Below, piece by piece: positions 54,001-64,000 of a stretch of DNA of 64,000 nucleotides. Under the pieces are notes generated by a model, which saw only the letters and a list, made by a program, of their open reading frames with translations, was not told where the DNA came from and did no database searches. Source of the DNA: Trichosphaerium sp. ATCC 40318. Lineage: Eukaryota; Protista; Tubulinea. The position numbers were made by a program, and so were the translations under genes. The DNA is taken from positions 62,001-126,000 of the forward strand of contig JALMLS010000453.1 in NCBI GenBank assembly GCA_038496445.1, read 5' to 3'. The number at the start of each line of letters is the position of its first letter. Within the stretch, counting starts at the first letter, position 1.

Positions 54001-57000
54001 GCAAATATGATGTATTTGCCGATAAGGAAGTTAAGCACGTTGTAAGTTATTTATTTTTTACATCCTCTTTTTTAACTTATAATATTTCGTAGGGATATCC
54101 AGTAGCACTAATTATCGCAGAAACAGACCAACAAGCTCAAATTGCTTCCAAAAAAGTTAAAATCGAATACGAGGTAAAAATAACTCAAAAAACAAAAGTT
54201 TAACTTGAACAATCTTTGTGTTAGGATGAGAAGCCAGCAGTGTTGACCATTTCCCAAGCCCTCAAGGCTGGTACTTTTACAAAGAGTGATTTAATAATCA
54301 GAGACGGAGATACATCAGATGAAACTTTCAAAAACTGCGAAATGTCTTTTCAAGGCACGTGATTTCACAGCCGAAAAATGCTCTTCTGATTTTGTCATCA
54401 GGTGATGTGTATACTGGCGCTCAAGAGCATTTATGCATGGAACCAGTATCTGTTTTGGCTGTACCAGATGAAGATGATGGCATTACGATATACTTAGGAT
54501 GCCAGGAGCTCCTGTTTGTTCAGGTACCATTTGAAAAGACAAGTTTCAACAACGTTTATTCTTCCTTGCTTCTTGACTTATTGTAAATCCAAGGAAACTG
54601 CTGCTGAAGTGCTAGGAGTTGCAAGGCACAAAGTGAGGTATTTCTGATATGATTTGGTTCGTAATAAATTCTTAAACGTACTATAGGATAATTACAAGAC
54701 GCCTTGGTGGCGGGTTTGGTGGTAAAGCGACTAGGATAGCTTTAGTAAGTTGCGCTGTTGCAGTTGCAGCAAAAGTCATGAACAAACCTATAAAAATAAC
54801 AATGACTCGATACCATGACTGGATACTTATTGGAATGAGGTACAGTTTTGTTTAAACGAAGTTTTTTTGTTTCAAAAAAAAAATGCGAAGAAGTTTATTT
54901 AACACGTGACCAAAAGGGATTCTATGTTAGCCAATTACAGAGCAGGTTTTGATAAGACGGGAAAACTACATGCGGTTAAGTTCGTAATAAATAATAATGT
55001 TGGATTTGCAAATGACGCTGGTCCTATAATGAATGATAGCGGCAGAGGAAGGGTAAGCAGTAGTTGATGCTTTTTTTATCAGAATTTTTATCGTAACCAA
55101 AGTATAGATGGACGCTGCTTACAAAGTTCCTAACTACAAAAATGAAGGCGTATATTGCTACACAAACAGAATACCTGCTATTGCGTATCTTAACAATAAC
55201 AATAAGTTTCCAAAATTTCCTTCTTTCTGAAAGTGTTTTTGTTCTTTGACTTGATAGATTCCGAGCTTTTGGATATCCAGGTTGCTTAACTGCAGTAGAA
55301 GAAATAATGGATAGAATAGCTAGAACGATTGGTAAAGATCCAGCAGATGTTAGGGTAATAAGACATCAAGAGATATTGTTATTTCAATGAAACTAAACAA
55401 TACTTCGTTCAAAGGAAGCCAATCTATACAAAAAAGGAATGAAGACACCTTTTGGTCAACCTATTGAATCTGATAATTTAACGCTTGTATGGAATACAAT
55501 GCTTGAGTCTAGTAAATACAGAGAAAAAAGGAAAGAAGTAACAGCCTACAACGCTGCCAATAGGTAACAAAGAAAAAAACCGTTTCATTTTCTCAAAACA
55601 ATAAATTAGATGGAAGAAACAAGGTATCGCTTGCATGCCTTTAAAGTATGGTATTGTAAAAGGTGGTCCTGAAAAGAACACATACCAATGTCTTCAAGTA
55701 CGTATTCTGAACACTTATCTTGTGATGATGCTAACAGATATAAGGGAGCTGCGCTGATTAATATCTATTTGGATGGAAGTGTAAAAATAAGCCATGGAGG
55801 TGTCGAGATGGGTCAGGTTTGTTAAATTGTCTTGCTAATAGGAATCTAATTATTTCTATAAGGGTCTCAATACAAAGTGCATGCAGGTTGCAGCGCAAGC
55901 ATTAGGTATACCAGTGTCATTGGTAGAGATTACACAAGCAGACACTGATATTGTGCGTTCAAGCTGGTTATGGTTTATTGGTTAATTTATGTTTGTAGAT
56001 TCCAAACGCTACTGGATCTGAAGCTAGTGTCACAAGTGATATTTACTGTATGGCTGTTTTAGACGGCTGCAAAAAGCTATTAGAAAGCTTTAAGCCTCTT
56101 AAGGAAGAAACTCCAGACTTAACATGGAAAGAGGTGTTTTTACAAACTCGTAAAGAAAAACGCTTATCATTGTTCCTAGCTTGTACAAGCCGCTTACAAA
56201 AACAAAATCAGTCTTACGTGCGTTGGATGGATGAAAGATGAGTCACTAGACTTTGATAGATACACTGCAAAAGGCAGAGCGTACCGATACTTCACGTACT
56301 GTTCTTCAAGTAGATTTTTTCTTAGTTTTTTCTTAGGTATGGCGCTGCTTGTTGTCACGTGGAGATTGATTGTCTGACTGGAGCAAGTCAAATACTTAGT
56401 GCAGATATTGTCATGGATATTGGTCGTAGCCTGAATACGTCAATAGACATTGGTCAAATCGAAGGCGCTTTCGCTCAAGGTCTTGGATTGTATCTAACGG
56501 AAGAAGTAACAGTTGACCTTAATCCAAAAAGTCGCAACTACGGTAAGAATATAATCCAGTGTTCAACACCTGCTGTAAATTTATTTACCAAGAACTTTCT
56601 TCTATTGTGAATTTCAACAACTTGATTTTGCAGTAAAACAAGTTGAATACGTTGAACTACATTATCGTTTCCCATCTCCGAAAAATAACTTATATGTAAA
56701 AAGGACACTTTACTAGCAGCAATTTATCGACATACAAAATACCTACAGCTCAGGATATGCCTATAAAATGGAATATACAAATCGTCAATGCATTTGAAAA
56801 ACGCGCTGCTGTTCACTCTTCCAAAGTACGTGTTTTTGCTTTGATTCAAGCTGTTAAACTGTATTCCTTTACAGGGCGTTGGGGAACCACCGTTGTGTCT
56901 TGCGTTATCAGCTTTTATGGCTGTTAAAGATGCTATATACAGTGCAAGAGCGGAAGAAGGTACAAGATGCTACGAGCATAAATCCACTCTACTTTGTCGA

Positions 57001-57141
57001 TGTTTTTTTCTGACTTTCTTCCTATTAGGTGTCACAGGACACTTTGATTTCCATGCACCCGCTACTAGTGAAGCAATTAGAATGGCTTGTGCTGATAAGA
57101 TAGTTAAAGATATTGGGACAGAAGACAACAAATTCTTTTAA
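51071..57141 (+). CDS. xanthine dehydrogenase/aldehyde oxidase family molybdo-flavoenzyme
   Basis: [36 protein letters not shown] (2Fe-2S); [55 protein letters not shown]; about 40 introns. Confidence 0.93.
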
Positions 57142-57357
57142 TTTGCTTTTCTGATACAACCAATAAATCACGTGTTTCAAAACGAGAACTACGCAGTTGG
57201 AACAATTACAGGTTTTTTTGCGTTCTGTCACCACCAATCTTATACGCAAAGCTCTGTTCATGTTGACTGTTGTACATGGCAACTTCGTGATGTTTTTGTA
57301 TTATATCAAGTCACTTTTCTCCGCCATGACACAATCCTTTTTTTTTATGACGTTAAC

Positions 57358-58947
57358 TCAAGGTGTTGGGAAAAAAAAAGGGGTACCTTCTGATTCTATG
57401 ACATTTTCTGACTCTTTCTTAAACCGTATCCGCGCAACTAGGTGGTAATGGTCGGACGGATGATATTTATTTGGTATATATCCATGCATTTGATACGACG
57501 GACAATCCAGAAAGCTAAGAACGTAAACAAAGAGAAGAAGAAAATTCAAAATAATACGCTACGTACTTTACAGCTTGCATAGTATTTTGTGAATGCCAAA
57601 TAAAATCTAAACATGTATGGTAGTTCGGTGTATGGAATGTACTAGACTCTACGCCAAGAGATCGCAATGCATAGACACTTTGTAGATCAAAATCGTTGGT
57701 GAAATGTTCTGGCTTAATATCCTAATTGCAACTTAAGTTGATTTCAATTAGCCCATTGTTCTTGTCGCACCTCGGGGAATAATTCGCTTAGAGTCTGTTT
57801 TTTTGTGTATAACTGATAAAAAGGCGATAGGAAATCGCTATTAAAATCTCCACAGATAATTATATTACTGTCTTTTGTTGCTCCAATTTTTTGAAGTTTT
57901 TGTAGTACAATCGCAGCTTGTTTTGTTCTTGTGTCTGTATGGTTCCCATCAACATTTGATTTTAAGTGTGTAGTTGCTACGTATAGTACACGGTCATATT
58001 TTTCAGGAGAGTTATCTGCAAACCAACATCAGAACAAGGAGTTGAATCATAGCTATCTGAAAAAAAAACATACCTGTATTCCTGCGTCTATCCTTTACAC
58101 CCAATTTCAGAATTACAACAGCTTGTGCCCAATCTCCCTTTTTAAGACCAAATTCATCGTCTAGAGAAGCAGCTACATGGTCCAGCAATTCAAATCTACA
58201 CAACATCAACAAGAAGTGCTAAAAAGAAAGACATGGAAACAAGAAAAAAAAGAGAATGTCAAACCTTGACGTCTTGTAAAAAATGCATATTCCATCAGTT
58301 TTATCCTTTCCACGCTTTCTAAATATCCTTTTATATCCCTTTTTGCCTTTTATATGGATTCATTAAAATAACGTCACGTCATAACCAAGCCAAAAAAAAG
58401 AAGATTTTATACCCAAGCGTTCTTGAAAGTACTCAATCTGATCAAGCTCTTGAAGGGTAATAATGTCTGGTTTATCACGGCAGACAGTGCTAACAAGTAA
58501 AGGACCACGATGACGCCATCTTAGCCACGTCTAAACGACGATATTAAGCAACAAACCATGTGAGTGTCAAACTTACGCGATTGCAATATTTTAATGATCT
58601 CTTAACGCGGTTACCTTTAAATACGCAGTGGGATGCTAGTACGTTAAACTGACAAACTGTAATAGTGTTCTCATGATCTTTTGGATGTTCTAATTGTACC
58701 CAACGCCGTTTTGGTGGCTTTAACGTTGAATAGTTCTTGTTGGCGTTGTTTGAGGTATCTTTGTTGTTATTGCGGTTACGTCTGTTCTTTTGTGGCACTA
58801 GAACTGGTTTTAGGAGTCCAGTATCTCCAGGGATGCGTTGTTCAGCCACTAATACCAAAAAGTAAGAAATTGGCGAAGAACAAAGTGCGAAATTATCAGC
58901 ATTGGCAGTGGATGTTGGTAAACGAGTGCAAGCGCATGTGACATACT
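57358..58947 (-). CDS. CCR4/nocturnin/Angel-family EEP nuclease-phosphatase
   Basis: TVCQFNVLA, PDIITLQELD, DGICIFYK, VATTHLK, IICGDFNS, LDFIW, HPSDH. Confidence 0.88.
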
Positions 58948-59093
58948 TATTATACCATTTGGCGAATTTGGCTGTTGTACAAAATTATATACGCGTTTGC
59001 GTTGCTTATTGACGCTGGTATTAACTATTTGTGGGTTAGCAAGAATACCACTTAAGCGATTAACTATCCTTTTTAGCAAGAACAAAAACGATA

Positions 59094-60948
59094 ATGGCTA
59101 CCGTTCGCGAACATGGTTTAGACGCTGAAATATCAAACAATGTAAGCAAACAATAAAAAACTTTAAAACTCTTACGTATACGGTAGATAAACTCTAAATA
59201 TTCTCTGGAGCATGAAAAAAAAGCTTCTGAGTGGATAGAGGCAGTAACAGGTCCGTTCTCTATTTTGAGACTTTTTCTTGTTTACGTTTCTCAAAATTAT
59301 GCTTTAGGTTTTAGTGTAGGACCTGATTTCCACGCAGGATTAAAAGATGGTGTTATTTTATGCAACCTTTTAAATGTTATCTTGCCAAACATTGTAAAAA
59401 ACATCGTTGTTCGTCCTAAACACTACCTTGAAGAAAAAGCAAACGTACTAAACAAAGTCTAATGGAAAAGTCGTTTTTTCAAACTACAAAAATTGACAAA
59501 CTCTTAGATTGACGCGTATCTATCAGGATGCAGACGTATGGGCGTACCAGAGCATGAACTGTTTGATATTCCTGATCTTCACCAGAAAAAATTTATGTTT
59601 GGGGTTCTACAAAACATATATAGTGTAGCAAGACGCGCACAAGTACGCATTACCCAAAGAAAGCGAGTACATCTCGATTAATCGACTACTTTGGTCTTTT
59701 TTAGGGTTTTTTTTTTGACATTTTTTTTTTTAAAGCAACACGGCTATGCAGGACCTAAATTGGGTGTCAGCATGTATCGTACTATACAAGAGGAAATGGA
59801 ACTAGCAGCTAAGAAGCAAAGAGAGCGCGAAGCCGAACAAGTACAGTGGGAAGACGCACGTAAGTATTTTTCCTTTTTTTCGAAAAAAGAAAAAAAATAG
59901 TTGTTTAACTCATATTGCAGGTGAGGCTGCACGAAGGCGGCGTGTGGGTATGGAAGACGACAAACGTTCTAGGAGAGAATCACAAATGGTTGAAGACGCA
60001 CAGCGGGTCGAGCGTAGGAGATCACTTCGTGGTAGATCTAGTACGACACGTTTTCGCTTTAATTGTTTATTTCCAAAAAATCACATTTATGCCCTCCACT
60101 GTTACTGACATTGCTTTTAGCCGCCGAGAAAAAGATGATTAAAAGACCTTCTATGTCTCCTGTACGGTTTGGTATAGATGCAGAAATAAGAGCGAAGGTA
60201 CAAGGTTTTTTTGGATTTCTTTTCCAAATCGAGACATTACAATTCTAAATTAATGATTTTTAGCGTGATGCTTCGTACAACTATCGAGATGAGAGCTTAG
60301 TAATGAATTGGATTGAATCGGTAACAGGTAAAATAATTAAAGTTATCTGTGATGACGCAAGCAAGTGCTAACAGTTGAACGAAATAGGTCTTCCAATAGA
60401 TGATGTATACACTGACTTAAAGTCAGGAGTAGTTTTATGCACATTAATGAATTGCATAAGACCCAATACTATACCAAGTAGAAAAATAGCAACCAATCCA
60501 AGAGGACCACTACAAGAACGAGTACGTGGACATCATGACAATATTTTAAACTGCTTGAAACTAACTTGTATTCTCTTCTTTTAGCAAAACATTCAATCAT
60601 TCTTGAATGCTTGTACTGCAGTAGGATTATATCCTCAAGAACTTTTTACAGTTAGTGATTTATACGAACGTCATGATTTAGTAACAGTGAGTATAGACTA
60701 CATGTAACTTTAATATCTTATCTCTGACATTTCTAAATTAGGTGTTAAGAAGTATTAGACGCTTAGCAGATAAAACGAAAGGAATGCATAACTTTAAAAA
60801 GTCAGGTTATAATGAAGTTCCTGACTTCCCTGATAAAACGGATTCTGAAATTGGTGATGATGCTTACTTGTTGAGTGATCAAAGTGGTTCTGGAAAAAAG
60901 AGACGAAAGAAAAAAGGTGGATGTTGTACAGCTTGTACAATATTGTAG
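59094..60948 (+). CDS. calponin/transgelin-like protein with two CH domains and a C-terminal CaaX
   Basis: Two copies of G(L/I)DAEI...WIE.VT...LK(D/S)GV.LC.L.N; ends KKRRKKKGGCCTACTIL*. Confidence 0.85.
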
Positions 60949-61207
60949 TAGCTTAATGCTACGAATAGTTGTAAATAAAATAATGTTAAAGGTAAGCTTA
61001 TTGTACTTTTCTTTCCAGCGATATCATACAACCAAACGTCAGAAGGACAAAGCGCGAGGTATGAGTCGAAGGTAGCTAGCATTTTGAAACAATTGATTGG
61101 ACATATTTTGAAACTGCAGAGTGATTACCAAGTGCATTTATTACATTACGCGTAATATTTTTTTTGACCTTACTTTGACTCTTCTATTTTTTTAAAGGAT
61201 TAGAGAG

Positions 61208-62324
61208 ATGGCAGCGTCTCTTTGTTTATCGGAAAGTTTAGCTTTGTGTATTCCTAGCGTTAAACAAAACAATGTTTATGTTGGAGAACTAAGCCAAGCA
61301 ACAGCCACAAACTGTCAAAGGTACTCAAAACTACACTACCAGTCTGTTCAAAGCCAACGGCGGATAAAACTTTTTTATCATTTGATTGAGATGTTGAGTA
61401 TTTAACTTGTTTACTTTAGGAAAATATCGACTCTTGTCGAGCCATGGTCTGTTTACTCGAGTAGTATAGAAGAGTACAATATTGTAAATTAATTGATTAG
61501 TGGCTTATTTGTGTTAGGAATATAGGCAAAGTCCACGAAGCACGCAAATGGGGTCAAATGAAGGACAACTCGTCCTTATTTTTGGTAAGTTAGATTGATT
61601 GTATTTTGTAGTAATATATTGGAACAGTTCAAGGAATGCACCGATCCTTTATTAGAGTCTAATAAAGAAATGAGAGAATGTGGCGGATCTGTTGAGGTTA
61701 GATTATACAACGCACATCAACGTAATGCTCTATGGCATCAGACAGTATGTATCTGTAGTTGTTTGGTTTAATCTAATGCATTTGAATAGCTTCTTTGGTT
61801 CTTTACTGACGCCGTTTACAATCCTTCTGTGATTGGAGTTGTACTCACTAGAAGCCATGATAACAACACTTTTGATACAGTTGCAGTGTGGACAATTGAC
61901 GATCCAAAAAATAGCTTAATAGTGTAAGCTATTTTTTTTTATGCATTTTTGCTAATAAAACTACAGCGTGAGCAAGTATTGTTCGCTTCCTAACACTCAG
62001 TGGATAACCAAATCAAACAGCATTCGTGTGAAACCTAGCACTGGAGGGCACATGAAACTGAAGAAGTCGAAGAAACTGAAGGATAGCAAACGAGCAAAGA
62101 AAAATGTCATTCGACGTCCACCAACGCCACGTGAGTTGCCACGTGCAACAACACGCGAATCAACATATGGAAAACTGCGAGAGCGAATGCCATACAAGAA
62201 TCGCAGAGCCAATAAGAGCACTACGCCAGAGGCTGCGCCTACTCTCATCATAAGCACTGAAAGTGGCAAGACGGATAACCCACGCACTGGCAATTATTGC
62301 AAACCCAGAAGAAGGAAAGATTGA
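61208..62324 (+). CDS. divergent eIF4E-like protein with basic C-terminal extension
   Basis: SLFL-FKECTDPLLES...CGG...ALW...LLW...VIGVVLTR...VAVWT pattern resembles the eIF4E fold; the last exon frame is uncertain. Confidence 0.5.
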
Positions 62325-62526
62325 TTACGAGATACATTCCTTGAGCAAGTATCATAGAGGTATGTCCTTGGGACTGCAGTATCAACTTATAACAATAAAT
62401 AACAAACAAGAGAAAGCAGTATTGGTCAATCAAAAAGTTCGTGGTATTTCAAGAAATTGGTATTTACATCTAGTTTACAATTTAAAATTTACACATGTGC
62501 CAGTGTTTGGGTGGAGTGGTCAACCT

Positions 62527-63192
62527 CTAAGAGAAGTTTGTGGCACTCAATCCGCTTAATTCCTTGCGCAGGTAGTTGTCACGGGAGGTTTTGGCGTTAC
62601 GATGTTTTCGTTGAATAGTTCTTAATATACGTCTCTTTTTAGTCTTTGTAAGCGTTTTCTTAGGACCAGCGACTTCAAATGTATGAGTGATTTTGGCTTT
62701 AGGCATTTTTGAATGCCCCAATCCTTTTCTGTCTATTTTATGTACTGTACGTACAGGATACGAGCGTCCATCTTCTCTAGGGCCTAATCCTTTTTGTTTA
62801 TTCCAACCATTCTTTAAAAGTAGCTTATAACCAATATTTGACGCCGAAATACCGTATACCTTCTGTGGTTCTGTTTGTTTTTGCTGATTAAACATGTGTG
62901 GAGTAGAACGAATATGTTCGCGTTCAGTTGGCTCTTCTATGTGTTTTTGGCATATATCACAGTACGCTCCTGTTGATTTAACAGGTTTTGATGCTTGTTC
63001 ACCCACAAATTCGCTATACCACTCTGAGACTTCTTCGCCGCGTTTTTTGTTCTTCTCATCATCTAGTGGCACATCTTGGCGCTGTTTCTTCTTTTTAGGT
63101 TTTGTAGTCTGCCCGCTCTCATAAACGAAGCGCTGTTTGTATCTTTTGCTTAGTTCTGGTCCTAATACAATGTTTTCTTCGTAGTAATCCAT
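62527..63192 (-). CDS. G-patch domain protein with C2H2-type zinc finger (resembles the GPANK1 C-terminus)
   Basis: YCDIC...HIRSTPHMFN; SNIGYKLLLKNGWNKQKGLGPREDGRSYPV...DRKGLG; intronless, ATG 63192. Confidence 0.85.
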   Translation of the reverse strand: MDYYEENIVLGPELSKRYKQRFVYESGQTTKPKKKKQRQDVPLDDEKNKKRGEEVSEWYSEFVGEQASKPVKSTGAYCDICQKHIEEPTEREHIRSTPHMFNQQKQTEPQKVYGISASNIGYKLLLKNGWNKQKGLGPREDGRSYPVRTVHKIDRKGLGHSKMPKAKITHTFEVAGPKKTLTKTKKRRILRTIQRKHRNAKTSRDNYLRKELSGLSATNFS

Positions 63193-64000
63193 TGTGCAGG
63201 TGTAGTGAAGAAAAAAAAAATGAGCCAGTGGCAAAGCCAAGGTATTATTCACATAACCCTGCTCGGGTGTTGAAACAACTCAACCGTCAAGTACAACTTG
63301 TAGAGATGATCACTACGAGCCTTGTGTAATGGCAGTGTCGAACCAAAATGATTAGTTGTTACTTGCACTTTGAAATATCACGTGACTATAGTGCTGTTAA
63401 CGAATTTACTTAGGCGACTTTAAATCATAGTTGAAGCCGTATGTGAAGTGGCTCCTTGACTTGATGAGACTTTCTATCTAACGCCTGAAATAGTGGGTCA
63501 CTTCTACAAATTGCCAAGGTCATTTTCAACTAGTTGAGTAAAAAAGTTGAAGTTTTGAAGTCGACTTCAAACCGTTTAATTTTCAAAAGTCGGACCGAGT
63601 CGAGTCATTAACAGCACTACATCAGCTCGCACTGCGTGACTTCCTATGTTCTGTTGGGAATAACGACTTCTGACTTATTAAAAAACGGTTCTTAATATGT
63701 TAGCCAATGCACAGGCTAGTTCTGACGAATTGTAATAGTAGTAAACAGTTGTGTATAGAAACTCCTTTTTATTTTGTTATGTGCGTTCTTTTGGGATTGT
63801 TCTTATCACGTTATTAGGGCTCAAGAATAAGCCAGCATCCCGATAATTGCGGGCGTAAAACGGTGTTGTAATGCAGTAGGTTTAAGCAACGATAAGGGAC
63901 ATGAAATAGTGAATTGTTCAAATTATTTCTTCAACAAAAAAACGTGTTCACAGTGATGCACCATTTATTGTACATTGTTGTTACATTACTTATATCGATA

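Noticed and set aside
62263-62559. 98-aa plus-strand ORF overlapping two genes
   Set aside because: No ATG at its start, no motif, and it overlaps the 3' ends of both neighbours.
1-64000. tRNA or rRNA genes
   Set aside because: No cloverleaf, T-loop context or rRNA-like segment recognised by eye; tRNAscan-SE or Infernal would be decisive.

Overview
Eukaryotic, AT-rich (about 35% GC by eye), gene-dense genomic DNA with very many short introns (mostly 40-110 nt) and the standard genetic code; probably an amoeboid protist (inference). I reconstructed about 23 genes by hand: two frameshifted F-box-like/LRR paralogs, a GST, several secreted, GPI-anchored or membrane proteins (one with 10 repeats, and a tandem pair with a bacterial-type domain), a WD40+BC-box protein, a nucleotide-rhamnose epimerase/reductase, threonyl-tRNA synthetase, a Crinkler-type REase+kinase pseudogene, DENN, SAM-C2, a xanthine dehydrogenase/aldehyde oxidase family enzyme, a CCR4/nocturnin-like nuclease, a tandem-CH CaaX protein, a divergent eIF4E-like protein and a G-patch protein. 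An 8-kb island (22050-30396) holds four non-autonomous DNA transposons with shared CAGG(T/G)CT termini; three have 2-bp TSDs, one is nested and one sits in a 3' splice site of ThrRS. The most striking unexplained signal is the palindrome CACGTG (at least 59 copies, about 9x expectation), which also forms the donor of 7 of about 11 GC-AG introns. Exon boundaries are manual reconstructions without transcript evidence.
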